Source: Oscillospiraceae bacterium (GTDB taxonomy: Bacteria; Bacillota; Clostridia; Oscillospirales; CAG-272). Taken from it: a stretch of 64,000 nt of DNA. Position 1 is the stretch's first letter. The number at the start of each line of letters is the position of its first letter. Positions 18,236 through 27,700 of this stretch are shown here, piece by piece. The stretch lies in the NCBI GenBank assembly GCA_015064745.1, contig SVRR01000001.1, positions 23,330 through 87,329 on the forward strand, read 5' to 3'. The notes under the pieces are model-generated. The model searched no databases. It saw nothing but the letters and a program-made list of their open reading frames with translations, and had not been told where the DNA came from. The translations under genes and the position numbers were made by a program.

Positions 18236-19215
18236 AGCGTATCACGGAAACAGCCCGAAATCCTTTTCCAAACAGCGACACCAATAAACGTTATTATACC
18301 TACGATTATTATTTGAGGAAGACGTATGGCGGAAAATGCGCCAAGGTCACCCTCGATGCCGGCTTTACCTGCCCCAACATCGATGGGACGCGCGGCTTGG
18401 GCGGTTGTATTTATTGCTCTTCTCGCGGAAGCGGAGATTTTGCGCCCGAAGCGGCGCTTTCCCTCAGAGAGCAATATGAAATACAAACGGAGCGCATCAA
18501 CCAAAAATGGGATACACCGCGCTTCATTCCTTATTTACAGGCGCACACCAATACTTATGGGGAGCTTTCGCGCTTGCGCGCGGTCTATCGAGAGGTTTTG
18601 ATGCTTCCCGGTGCCGTTGCGTTCCATATTGCCACGCGAGCGGACTGCTTGGGGGACGACGTACTTTCTCTCCTTGCTGAGACATCCGAGGTGCTTCCTC
18701 TGACGGTAGAGCTTGGATTACAAACCGTCTCGGACGAGGTCAGCGCGCGTATTGGGCGCGGTCATAGCTACGACGAGTTTTTAGACGGATATTTCCGCCT
18801 TCGCGCACGCGTGCCGCTCGCACGTGTTGCTGTGCATATCATCAACGGATTGCCAACCGAGACGCGGGAGGATATGCTGAGGACGGCAAGTACCGTAGCC
18901 TCTCTTTCTCCCCACGAGGTCAAAATACATCTTCTGCACGTTTTAAGGGGAACTGTGCTCGCTTCGCTTTATGAGCGTGGAGAGTATACCCCCATGAGAA
19001 GGGAAGACTACGTGGATACCGTCGTAGAGCAGCTGCGCCTTTTGCCCCCCGATACCGTCATCGGGCGCTTAACGGGAGACGGAAAGGCAGAGGATCTTTT
19101 AGCGCCCCTTTGGAGTTTAAAAAAACTTACCGTCATCAATGAAATTGATAAGAAAATGGCGTTACACGACTTTGTACAAGGGGATTTGTGCAATTTCAAC
19201 AAAAACATAATATAA
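18232..19215 (+). CDS. TIGR01212-family radical SAM protein
   Basis: 327 aa. The N-terminus ...YYTYDYYLRKTYGGKCAKVTLDAGFTCPNIDGTRGLGGCIYCS is typical of the YhcC/TIGR01212 family. Its start overlaps the radA stop. Confidence 0.8.
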   Translation: MKRITETARNPFPNSDTNKRYYTYDYYLRKTYGGKCAKVTLDAGFTCPNIDGTRGLGGCIYCSSRGSGDFAPEAALSLREQYEIQTERINQKWDTPRFIPYLQAHTNTYGELSRLRAVYREVLMLPGAVAFHIATRADCLGDDVLSLLAETSEVLPLTVELGLQTVSDEVSARIGRGHSYDEFLDGYFRLRARVPLARVAVHIINGLPTETREDMLRTASTVASLSPHEVKIHLLHVLRGTVLASLYERGEYTPMRREDYVDTVVEQLRLLPPDTVIGRLTGDGKAEDLLAPLWSLKKLTVINEIDKKMALHDFVQGDLCNFNKNII

Positions 19216-19253
19216 ATTTTGGCGTGTTATGTGAAAAAAGTTGATAAAAACCC

Positions 19254-19282
19254 TTGCATATCGAAAAAAAACATTGTATAAT
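19254..19282 (+). promoter_or_regulatory. Sigma-A promoter upstream of the EF-G paralog
   Basis: TTGCAT (19254-19259), 17 nt spacer, TATAAT (19277-19282). Confidence 0.5.
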
Positions 19283-19345
19283 AAAAGCAGGTAATTCGAA
19301 AACGGTTATCTGCTTATTTTTATTTTTGTAAAGGAGACCCTCGAG

Positions 19346-21412
19346 ATGGAAATGTTTGAAACCAAGAATATTCGTAACGTATGCCTGCTCGGTCACGGCG
19401 ACGCAGGTAAAACTTCCCTTGCGGAAGCAATGCTTTATATTGCCAAGGCGACTGATCGCTTAGGTAAGATCTCAGAGGGAAATACCGTTTGTGATTATGA
19501 CGCGGAGGAAATTAAGCGCAGCTGCTCCATTAACGCTACTGTGGCTCCGCTTGTATGGCAGGGAATTAAAGTCAACGTCTTAGATACTCCCGGCTATCCC
19601 GATTTTGAGGGTGACGTTTTGGAGTGCGCGCGCGTTGCGGATGCGGCTCTCATCGTGGTCGACGGTAAGGCAGGTGTTGAGGTAGGAACCGAAAGTGCCT
19701 TTGAGCTTGCGAAAAAAATGCTTTTGCCTATCTCCTTCTTTATCAACCGCTTTGACGATCCGGAAGCACGCTTTTATAAGGTATTCGACTCGCTTCGTGA
19801 GCACTTTGGTGTAGCTGTATGTCCCGTACAGATCCCGATGATCGACGGCGATAAGGTGACGGGCTTCCTCGATCTGCTTGATTTTGAAAGCTATATTTTT
19901 GATTCCGCGACGGGCGACTACTTAGAACTTGATATTCCCGAGCAGTTTATGTCCGTTGCTGAGGAATACCGTAATATGCTCTTTGAGTCGATCGCGCAGA
20001 CGGACGATGCGCTGATGGAAAAATTCTTTGCAGGTGAAGAGATCACGCGTGAAGAGTCGGTGGAGGCAATCCACAATGGCATTATTCGAGGCGAGATCAT
20101 CCCTGTTTTCTGCGGTGCCGCTACCAAGCTGTGGGGCGTTAAAACGCTGCTCGATACCATTGCGGATTCTTATCCCCGTCATACGGCGAAGAAAACCGAG
20201 CTTGACGCCTTGGGAGAGGACGTTGCAATTGATAAAGAAGGGGATATTTGCTCCCTGTTCATTTATAAAACGGTTGCCGATCCCTTTGTCGGTAAAATGT
20301 CCTTCTTTAAGGTCATGAACGGAACTGTGAAAAAGGATATGGTACTCACCAATACCCGTACGGGTCTTTCCGAGCGCCTCGGACGCATCTATATCGTTCG
20401 CGGTAAAAAGCAAGAGGAGGTAGACGCCCTTGCTTGCGGCGATATCGGTATGGTAGCGAAATTAAGCGATACCGCTTCCTCCGACACCTTGACGAACGGA
20501 AACGCAGACCTGCATTATTATCCCGTAGAATACCCCAAGGCGTACACTACGAAGGGGGTTGTCGCTCTCGGTAAGGGCGACGAGGACAAAATATCCTCCG
20601 GCATTGCTAAACTGCTTGATGAGGATAAGACCATCTCCTTCCGTGTCAGCAAGGAGAGCAAGCAGATGCTCTTGACGGGTGTCGGCGACACACATCTTGA
20701 CGTTGTTGCCGCAAAGTTAAAGAACCGCTTTGGCATATCCATCGGGTTTGTGCCCGAAAAGCTGGCGTACCGTGAAACCATCCGCAAGCGCGCGGATGCC
20801 GAAGGAAAGCATAAGAAGCAGTCGGGCGGTAGTGGACAGTACGGTCACGTTAAGATGACCTTTATGCCCGGTGAGGAAGAAGGGCTGACCTTTACCGAAA
20901 CCGTTTTTGGCGGTGAAGTGCCCAAAAACTTTTTCCCGGCAGTACAAAAGGGTATTGAAGAGGCCATGCAGCAGGGCGTGCTTGCGGGTTATCCGATGGT
21001 AGGGCTTGCCGCCAACCTTTCGGGCGGCTCGTACCACGACGTCGACAGCAATGAAATTTCCTTTAAGCTTGCCGCTGTATTAGCCTACAAGGACGGTATT
21101 CCGAAAGCCTCCCCCGTCCTTTTGGAACCGATCGGAACGCTCGCCGTTACAGCGCCCGATTCGTACGTGGGTGATATTATGGGCGACCTCAACCGCCGTC
21201 GCGGCAGAGTGCTCGGTATTTCTCCCGCGCCTAAGGCAGGCTCGCAGATCGTAGAGGCAGAGGTCCCCTATGCTGAAATGACCGATTACGTGGTTGCACT
21301 TCGTGCTATGACCCAAGGTCGCGCGCGCTTCGATTTTGAAACGGTGCGTTACGAGGAGGTTCCCGCGAACGTTGCGCAGAAGATCATCGATGAGGCAAAG
21401 AAAAACGCATAA
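19346..21412 (+). CDS. Elongation factor G family GTPase (EF-G paralog)
   Basis: 688 aa. G1 is GHGDAGKT and G3 is DTPGYPDF, with EF-G domains II-V in pattern. The G1 motif differs from the canonical AHIDAGKT of the primary fusA. Confidence 0.85.
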   Translation: MEMFETKNIRNVCLLGHGDAGKTSLAEAMLYIAKATDRLGKISEGNTVCDYDAEEIKRSCSINATVAPLVWQGIKVNVLDTPGYPDFEGDVLECARVADAALIVVDGKAGVEVGTESAFELAKKMLLPISFFINRFDDPEARFYKVFDSLREHFGVAVCPVQIPMIDGDKVTGFLDLLDFESYIFDSATGDYLELDIPEQFMSVAEEYRNMLFESIAQTDDALMEKFFAGEEITREESVEAIHNGIIRGEIIPVFCGAATKLWGVKTLLDTIADSYPRHTAKKTELDALGEDVAIDKEGDICSLFIYKTVADPFVGKMSFFKVMNGTVKKDMVLTNTRTGLSERLGRIYIVRGKKQEEVDALACGDIGMVAKLSDTASSDTLTNGNADLHYYPVEYPKAYTTKGVVALGKGDEDKISSGIAKLLDEDKTISFRVSKESKQMLLTGVGDTHLDVVAAKLKNRFGISIGFVPEKLAYRETIRKRADAEGKHKKQSGGSGQYGHVKMTFMPGEEEGLTFTETVFGGEVPKNFFPAVQKGIEEAMQQGVLAGYPMVGLAANLSGGSYHDVDSNEISFKLAAVLAYKDGIPKASPVLLEPIGTLAVTAPDSYVGDIMGDLNRRRGRVLGISPAPKAGSQIVEAEVPYAEMTDYVVALRAMTQGRARFDFETVRYEEVPANVAQKIIDEAKKNA

Positions 21413-21423
21413 CAAATAAAAAA

Positions 21424-21480
21424 GAACGGCTCGAACGAGCCGTTCTGAAAAAAACGAGCAACCGAGGTTGCTCGTTTTTT
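21424..21480. terminator. Two tandem hairpin terminators between convergent genes
   Basis: GAACGGCTC-GAAC-GAGCCGTTC, then A7-CGAGCAACC-GA-GGTTGCTCG-T6, which is bidirectional. Confidence 0.75.
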
Positions 21481-21490
21481 CTCTTGTTCA

Positions 21491-22888
21491 TTAAATCGGA
21501 TGCACAGGGAATGCTTTTGAGGCGGCAAAATCAAGATGATATTTTTGGCGTTTGCGTTCCTCAAAGTAGTGCTTAGCGACGTCTTCAAACATGGCAAGCG
21601 TGAGAAAGTCCTCATCCTGTTCCGCGTAAGGTGCGACAAGATTTCTGTATTTTTCCACAGCACCGAGAAGCTTATCGGCAGGACGGTAGGAAATAGGAAG
21701 CTCGTCGCCTAAGATCTGCTTAACGAAAATTGGTTCAGCAGGTGCGGGAAGGCGGCCGTAGCTTCCGCCGATCAACGCGCGGAAATCAGGGGTGACCGTT
21801 TTGTAGCGTTCGCCGTCAAGGACGTTGCGAAGCGCCTGCGTGCCAATGACCTGTGCTATGGGGGTCACGAGGGATGCGTATCCCGCGTCTGCCCGCACGC
21901 GGCAAATCTCCTCGTAGATCTCGGGTAGACGGTCGGTGGCATCCATGCGGCACACCTGCTCGAAAAGCTGGGAGTAGGTGCCTGTTGGCATTTGGTGCAC
22001 GCAAACCTCAGGATTTGCGCGGAGAATGTCGGGGGAAATCAGCCCCTCTTTGATGTAACGGGTGCGAATCTGTGAGAAATAAAGAGCCGCTTCTTCCAAA
22101 GCCGTGCCGTCTAAGGTGGGAGCGTAGGGGGTGTTGGCAAAGGCGGATGTCATGGCTTCGGTGGCAGGCAGAGAAGAACCCTCGGCGAAGGGAGAAAGCG
22201 CGGTATCAACGTATTCCACGCCGATTTCGACCGCCTTCAAAACCGTCATTGCGGCAAGTCCTGCCGTTGTGTGGGTGTGGAGCTGGAGCTGGACGGAGGG
22301 AAGCTCCGCGCGAAGCGCTTTTACCAGCTGGTATGCTTCGTACGGACGAAGAATACCGGACGCATCCTTGATACAGATAGCGTCTGCGCCCAGATTTATG
22401 TACTCCTTTGCGACGTTTACAAAATATTCCGTTGTATGCACGGGGCTTTCCGTATAGCAAATGGCGGCACTGACAGTGAGCCGCTCACGCTTTGCCGTTG
22501 CAATGGCAGTTTCGAGATTGCGATAATCATTCAGCGCATCGTAAACTCGCATGATGTCAATGCCACCCGCCGCCGCGCGCTGGACGGTGCTTTGCACGAT
22601 GTCATCGGGATAATGACGGTATCCGAAGGCGCTTTGCCCTCGAAACAGCATCTGAAGCTGTGAAGAAGGAAGATTTGCGCGAAGCACACGCAGGCGATGC
22701 CAAGGGTCTTCGTTGAGGTAACGCAGACAAACGTCAAAGGTAGCGCCGCCGAAGACCTCGAGGGAGTGGTATCCCACACGGTCAAGTGTTGGGAGAATAG
22801 GAACCATTTCTTCTGTGGTCATACGAGTCATTGCTAAGGACTGCTGACCGTCACGCAGAATGGTTTCCGTGAGCTTTAGCTTAGGCAT
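21491..22888 (-). CDS. Carboxyltransferase 5S-type subunit (oxaloacetate decarboxylase alpha / pyruvate carboxylase B-like), no biotinyl domain
   Basis: 465 aa. The N-terminus LTETILRDGQQSLAMTRMTTEEM... is HMGL-like TIM barrel. The protein ends without an AMKM biotin motif. Confidence 0.8.
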   Translation of the reverse strand: MPKLKLTETILRDGQQSLAMTRMTTEEMVPILPTLDRVGYHSLEVFGGATFDVCLRYLNEDPWHRLRVLRANLPSSQLQMLFRGQSAFGYRHYPDDIVQSTVQRAAAGGIDIMRVYDALNDYRNLETAIATAKRERLTVSAAICYTESPVHTTEYFVNVAKEYINLGADAICIKDASGILRPYEAYQLVKALRAELPSVQLQLHTHTTAGLAAMTVLKAVEIGVEYVDTALSPFAEGSSLPATEAMTSAFANTPYAPTLDGTALEEAALYFSQIRTRYIKEGLISPDILRANPEVCVHQMPTGTYSQLFEQVCRMDATDRLPEIYEEICRVRADAGYASLVTPIAQVIGTQALRNVLDGERYKTVTPDFRALIGGSYGRLPAPAEPIFVKQILGDELPISYRPADKLLGAVEKYRNLVAPYAEQDEDFLTLAMFEDVAKHYFEERKRQKYHLDFAASKAFPVHPI

Positions 22889-22900
22889 ACGACCACCTCG

Positions 22901-23257
22901 TTAGTCAATGATGAACATGGGGGCACCCGTTGAAACGGTATCGCCCTTGCGCACGAGGATCTCACGTACTTTTCCGTCCTTAGGGGCGGGAATAACGTTT
23001 TGCATCTTCATCGCTTCGAGCGTGAGAAGGGGAGTGCCGGCACCCACCTCCGCGCCAACTGAGGTGGTAATTTCGATCACGGTACCGCACATAGGGGCGG
23101 AAACGGTAACTGCGGTATTTCTCTCCACAGGGGCAACGGGAACGGAGGGGGGGATGATATGCTCTGCGTAAGCGGACGGCTCGTTCGTTACCTCACCCAT
23201 ATCCTCCACAAGTACCTCGTAGGATTTACCGAGAACGGTGATAATTAGCTTTTTCAT
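22901..23257 (-). CDS. Biotin carboxyl carrier (1.3S-like) protein
   Basis: 118 aa with the biotinyl-lysine motif LEAMKMQN. Confidence 0.85.
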   Translation of the reverse strand: MKKLIITVLGKSYEVLVEDMGEVTNEPSAYAEHIIPPSVPVAPVERNTAVTVSAPMCGTVIEITTSVGAEVGAGTPLLTLEAMKMQNVIPAPKDGKVREILVRKGDTVSTGAPMFIID

Positions 23258-23300
23258 AATTTCTAATTCCTCTTTTCTTGCATTTCAGGCTTTCCTTACC

Positions 23301-23606
23301 TTAAATACGGCGGAAGGAAACGACGCGGAAACGCTTTGTATCAATACCACCCAACGCTTCTGCCGCGGCGGCTGTGATAAGAACGATCAGCTCCTCCTCG
23401 GAAATTTCATTTTCCGTGGGAGCTTCATTAACAGCGGTAGGACTTTTCATTCTTTCGCGTCGCGAAAGACCTCTTTTGCGCCAAAGCAGACGAAAGCCGA
23501 ACAACTGCAGAACAAACAGGAAAATCGCAAGCGCGACGAGTGCTAACATCATACCGAGGAGTGCAGAAGGTATGACATAACTCCAATCAAGTAGCAGAAA
23601 AAACAT
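23301..23606 (-). CDS. OadG-family small membrane subunit (sodium-pump decarboxylase gamma/delta-like)
   Basis: ATG 23606 with an AGGAGG RBS. There is one N-terminal TM helix. The C-terminus ...EEELIVLITAAAAEALG...FRVVSFRRI is typical of OadG/MmdD/GcdD. Confidence 0.65.
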   Translation of the reverse strand: MFFLLLDWSYVIPSALLGMMLALVALAIFLFVLQLFGFRLLWRKRGLSRRERMKSPTAVNEAPTENEISEEELIVLITAAAAEALGGIDTKRFRVVSFRRI

Positions 23607-23622
23607 GAGCTGCCTCCTGCTG

Positions 23623-25122
23623 TTAAAGCGGTAAAATGGGATGCCGACGGGCACCGCAAACGCCCTTGCCGGCCAGCATGTACAGAGATGAAAGTATCTT
23701 TTGGCGCATCTCGTCTACCGTAATAACATCGTCGATCTCACCGCGGCAGGCGGCGGCAACAGGAGAAGCGAGAGACGCGCGCCAATGCGCTTCAAGCGAC
23801 GCACGGTTGGTGTCGATGGGAGGGAGGTTTCGCGTATCCTCGAGTTCTTCCCCCTCGGGAAGGCGGGAGGCGTCATTGAGGGCCACGCGGTTGTTCCAAG
23901 CGAAGGCAACAGCCGCGTTCGCGGGAAGCGCGCCGATCTCAGCAGTTTCGAGAGCGTAAACAACGTCTGCTCCCATTGCCTTTGAAGCAAGCACGGTGAA
24001 CGCGCCGCCAATCGCGGAGCCTAAGACGATGGCGATCTTAGGGACGACCGAGCTACCGTAGGCAAATGCAAGCGTCGCAAGATCGGAGGCGTAAGAGGTT
24101 ACGCCGTGTGCGCCAACGTCCGCAAAGCCCTCGGAATCCACAAAGGTTACAATGGGGAGAGAGAATGCGTCGCAGAAGGAGACAAAGCGCGCCGCTTTTC
24201 TGGCGGCTGACGCATCTATTTTGTGATGCTCGCCAACAAAGCGGTTGCCGAGAATACCGCACCGAATGCCGCCGAGAAATGCAAAGGCGGTAAGGATCTC
24301 GGGACAAAAGTCACAGGTGATCTCTTGCATAACGCCGTTGTCCGCAACCGCGCGCACAAGGCGGGAGAGATCCCCTTCAAAATCCACCCTGCCGAGCATA
24401 CGGTTGATGCTGTCGGCGGTCGCCGTCTGCATGATGCTGTCGGAGGCACGGGAGGGAAGATAGGCAAGCAAAACGCGGGTGTCTCTTGCGGCATCCGCAA
24501 TGTCTTTGGCAAGAAACGCGGATGCTTCCACGTTGCCTTCCGTGCCGTTTTTGTCGTGCACGTAAAAGGGAACGCCCTGCACCGTGACGGTGAAATCAAA
24601 CATAGAGGCGAGGAGCGCCGATGAGCCTGTACAAGGACCCGTTATGAGGGCGATTTGAGGAATTCTGCCCGAGGCCTCCGCTACCTTTCGCATAACATGT
24701 CCGTAAGCGGCGAGTGCCGAAACACCCTCGTATACGTCAGCACCCGCGCTGTTAAAGACCCCGACGATGGGGGCACCGTTTTTTAGCGCCATATCGTATA
24801 GATCGACGATCTTCTTTGCGTGCTTTTCATCCATCGCGCCGTCCATACGGCTGATATCCTGACCGAAAGCATATACAAGACGTCCGTCAACGGCACCGTA
24901 GCCGCAAATCACCCCTTCGGGAGAAAGCGTTTCCTCTGAGACGGTATATTCGGAAAAATGGCGCATGGTATAAACGCCAAGCTCCGAAAAGGTGCCGTCA
25001 TCGAAAAGAGTGGCGATCAGCTTTCTTGTACCCGATCCATCCGAAGCACTGAGGAGAGAGCGAAGCTCTTCCACGGTGGGAAGAGGCGAAAGCAGCGTGT
25101 CGTCTCTTTGGGTAAGCTTCAT
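23623..25122 (-). CDS. Acyl-CoA carboxyltransferase (12S / methylmalonyl-CoA decarboxylase alpha-like)
   Basis: ATG 25122 (MKLTQRDDTLLSP...), about 499 aa, with a two-lobed carboxyl-transferase pattern (...GVICGYGAVDGRLVYAFGQD...GPCTGSSALL...). The ORF-track start at 25356 adds an implausible N-terminus. Confidence 0.8.
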   Translation of the reverse strand: MKLTQRDDTLLSPLPTVEELRSLLSASDGSGTRKLIATLFDDGTFSELGVYTMRHFSEYTVSEETLSPEGVICGYGAVDGRLVYAFGQDISRMDGAMDEKHAKKIVDLYDMALKNGAPIVGVFNSAGADVYEGVSALAAYGHVMRKVAEASGRIPQIALITGPCTGSSALLASMFDFTVTVQGVPFYVHDKNGTEGNVEASAFLAKDIADAARDTRVLLAYLPSRASDSIMQTATADSINRMLGRVDFEGDLSRLVRAVADNGVMQEITCDFCPEILTAFAFLGGIRCGILGNRFVGEHHKIDASAARKAARFVSFCDAFSLPIVTFVDSEGFADVGAHGVTSYASDLATLAFAYGSSVVPKIAIVLGSAIGGAFTVLASKAMGADVVYALETAEIGALPANAAVAFAWNNRVALNDASRLPEGEELEDTRNLPPIDTNRASLEAHWRASLASPVAAACRGEIDDVITVDEMRQKILSSLYMLAGKGVCGARRHPILPL

Positions 25123-25191
25123 ATCTTTCAAGGCTTTAAGTCCTTTCCTTTGATAACTTCTCAAAACTAAAGTGATACTTTTCTTTAATAT

Positions 25192-25220
25192 ATAATACCA
25201 TGATTTTTCGTGCTTGTCAA
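25192..25220 (-). promoter_or_regulatory. Sigma-A promoter of the carboxyltransferase operon
   Basis: Reverse strand TTGACA (25220-25215), 17 nt spacer, TATTAT (25197-25192). Confidence 0.5.
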
Positions 25221-25356
25221 GCAAATGAGAAGATTTTGTTTCGATCGCCCTTAAAAAGAAAGGAGAAATTTGTCCCCTTGGGGCAAAAACGACGCTTTCT
25301 CTTGCTTTTGCGACAAGAGTGTGGTAAAATAGATAAAAACCGACGAAGGAGAGCAT

Positions 25357-26265
25357 ATGTCATCTGCCTTTGAAAAATACAAAATGTGCACACTGTGCCC
25401 ACGTGCTTGCGGTGTCGATCGCACGGAGGGGGCGCTTGGACGTTGCCGTTCGGGCGAGATCCCCCGTATTGCGCATGTTATGCTTCATCATTGGGAAGAG
25501 CCTTGCATCTCGGGCACGAGAGGTTCGGGAACCGTCTTTTTTTCGGGGTGCCCGCTCGGTTGCGTTTACTGTCAAAACCATCAAATTTCAAGGGGATATA
25601 TCGGAGCAGAACACAACGCGGATTCGCTTTCGGAGCTCTTCCTTTCGTTAGAGAAGAAAGGCGCGCACAACGTAAATCTTGTGACGGCGACGCATTACAT
25701 TCCGCACGTTGCCGAGGCAATCTCCAAAGCCCGAGAAGCGGGTCTGTCTATTCCTGTCGTTTATAATACGTCGGGCTATGAGACGGAAGAGGCACTTTCG
25801 CTTTTAGAAGGTCTTGTCGATATTTATCTCACGGATGTACGTTATCACAACACCCAAACGGCGTCCTTGTATTCGGCGGCACCCGACTATCCTCACGTTG
25901 CTACGGCGGCACTTTCCGCCATGCAAAAGCAGGTCGGTGCTCCTGTTTTAGACGGCGAAGGCTTGATGAAAAAGGGGGTTATCGTGCGCTTGCTTTTGCT
26001 CCCCGGACATCTTATTGAGGCGAAGCAAATTTTAAAAGACGTCTATCGCGCTCACGGAGATGGCGTTTACATCAGCCTTATGTCACAATACACGCCGTCG
26101 CCTACCGTTGCCGAAAAATATCCTGCCCTTTCGCGTACGGTAACGCCGTACGAATACGCCTCTTTGGTCGAGTACGCGCGTTCTTTGGGGGTGACGCGTG
26201 CGTTCACCCAAGAGGGAAGCTCTGCTTCGGAGAGCTTTATTCCTCCGTTTTTGGCGGAAAATTGA
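25357..26265 (+). CDS. Radical SAM protein, PflX-like (pyruvate formate-lyase activase homolog)
   Basis: 302 aa. The N-terminal CTLCPRACGV cluster is followed by the radical SAM CPLGCVYCQN motif. Confidence 0.7.
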   Translation: MSSAFEKYKMCTLCPRACGVDRTEGALGRCRSGEIPRIAHVMLHHWEEPCISGTRGSGTVFFSGCPLGCVYCQNHQISRGYIGAEHNADSLSELFLSLEKKGAHNVNLVTATHYIPHVAEAISKAREAGLSIPVVYNTSGYETEEALSLLEGLVDIYLTDVRYHNTQTASLYSAAPDYPHVATAALSAMQKQVGAPVLDGEGLMKKGVIVRLLLLPGHLIEAKQILKDVYRAHGDGVYISLMSQYTPSPTVAEKYPALSRTVTPYEYASLVEYARSLGVTRAFTQEGSSASESFIPPFLAEN

Positions 26266-26295
26266 GAAAAATCACCTTTATTTTCCGTAAAGCCC

Positions 26296-26324
26296 TTTAC
26301 AAAGTCCCAAAACAATGCTATAAT
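26296..26324 (+). promoter_or_regulatory. Sigma-A promoter of mtaB-glyQS
   Basis: TTTACA (26296-26301), 17 nt spacer, TATAAT (26319-26324). Confidence 0.5.
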
Positions 26325-26353
26325 TATATGAAATGTTGTTAAGGAGGCAGACG

Positions 26354-27670
26354 GTGAAGACGGTTGCGCTATATACCTTGGGCTGCAAGGTCTCGCAGTA
26401 TGAGACCGAGGCAATCGCCGAGGGCTTCGAGGCTCGCTCCTTCCGTGTTGTTTCCTTTGCGGAGAAGGCAGACGTTTATGTTATAAACACCTGTACCGTA
26501 ACGGCTGAATCCGATCGAAAATCACGGCAGATCATCCGTCGCGCGTATAAAGCAAATCCCGATGCCGTCATTATGGTAACGGGGTGTTACTCTCAGGTTT
26601 CCCCCAACGAGGTGTCGCGGCTTCCCGGCGTCCTTTACGTCGGAGGTACGGACAGAAAGATGAAATTACCTGAAGCGGCAGAAAAGCTTCTTGCGGAGAT
26701 GGAACACGGCATTCGCCCATCCTTGGTTTGCGACAGGGCTTCTCTGATCGATACCGTGTTTGAGGGAATGACGGTGAAGCATGCGCCGCGCACCCGCGCC
26801 TATGTTAAGATCGAGGACGGATGCGAGTGCCGATGCGCTTACTGCGCGATCCCGGGGGCGCGAGGAAACGTGCGCTCCAAAATGCCTGAGGACGTTTTGC
26901 GTGAGGTATGCGCGCTTGTTGCGGGCGGAACGAAGGAAATTGTGCTCACGGGCATAGAAATTGCTTCCTACGGCGCGGATTTTGACGGCTTTCGCCTGAT
27001 CGATCTTTTAGAGCTGTTGGATAAAGAGTGTACGGGTGTTCGCTTCCGTCTCGGTTCTATTACACCGGAAATTATGCGGGAGGATTTCGTTTTCCGCCTT
27101 GCAAGGCTGAAAAGCGTTGTTCCGCATTTCCATATTTCGATGCAAAGCGGCTCGGATGCCGTGCTCCGCGCGATGAAGCGTAGGTATACGGCAGATATGG
27201 CTCTTGCCGCCCTTGCGCGTCTTCGTGCTGCCATAGAGGGCGTTCGCTTCACTACGGATATGATGACAGGCTTTCCGGGGGAAGGGGAAAAGGAGTTTTC
27301 CGAAACCCTGGCTTTTACGGAAAAAGCCGGATTTTTGGATATGCACGTCTTTGCTTATTCGAAACGCAAGAACACACCTGCCGCAGACTATCCCGACCAG
27401 GTGGAGGAAAGCGTTAAAAAAGAGAGAAGCGCTAAGCTTATCGCGCTCGCAGAGCGCTTGCGTGACCAAAATCTTGACGATATGATCGCAAAAAGCGTTC
27501 CTCTTTCCGTGTTGTTTGAGACACGTGACGGTGACGAAATGCATGGGCATTCGGCAGAATTTGCCGAGGTGCGGGTCAAAACGGATGAGGATTTGCACGG
27601 TGCGCTGCGACGCGTGCTTCCGAAACGCAAAGAAAACGGTATCCTCTACGGTGAGTTAATTAACGCTTAA
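26354..27670 (+). CDS. mtaB: tRNA t6A37 methylthiotransferase MtaB
   Basis: GTG 26354 lies 6 nt after AAGGAGG. It has the UPF0004 N-domain (TLGCKVSQYETE), the radical SAM CRCAYCAIP motif and a TRAM-like C-terminus. Confidence 0.85.
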   Translation: MKTVALYTLGCKVSQYETEAIAEGFEARSFRVVSFAEKADVYVINTCTVTAESDRKSRQIIRRAYKANPDAVIMVTGCYSQVSPNEVSRLPGVLYVGGTDRKMKLPEAAEKLLAEMEHGIRPSLVCDRASLIDTVFEGMTVKHAPRTRAYVKIEDGCECRCAYCAIPGARGNVRSKMPEDVLREVCALVAGGTKEIVLTGIEIASYGADFDGFRLIDLLELLDKECTGVRFRLGSITPEIMREDFVFRLARLKSVVPHFHISMQSGSDAVLRAMKRRYTADMALAALARLRAAIEGVRFTTDMMTGFPGEGEKEFSETLAFTEKAGFLDMHVFAYSKRKNTPAADYPDQVEESVKKERSAKLIALAERLRDQNLDDMIAKSVPLSVLFETRDGDEMHGHSAEFAEVRVKTDEDLHGALRRVLPKRKENGILYGELINA

Positions 27671-27700
27671 AAATAAAACAAGATATAATGGAGAACAACA

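Noticed and set aside
19285-19328. A hairpin plus T-tract in the EF-G paralog leader as a transcription attenuator
   Set aside because: The 5-prime arm starts only 3 nt after the predicted -10, so much of the stem would not be transcribed from that promoter. The stem is also AU-rich and weak. This is not enough to call an attenuator.
19346-21412. The EF-G paralog as a Tet(M)/Tet(O)-type ribosomal protection (resistance) gene
   Set aside because: Only general EF-G family features are visible. There is no mobile-element context, and such EF-G2-type paralogs are common in Clostridia. Nothing in the sequence supports a resistance call.
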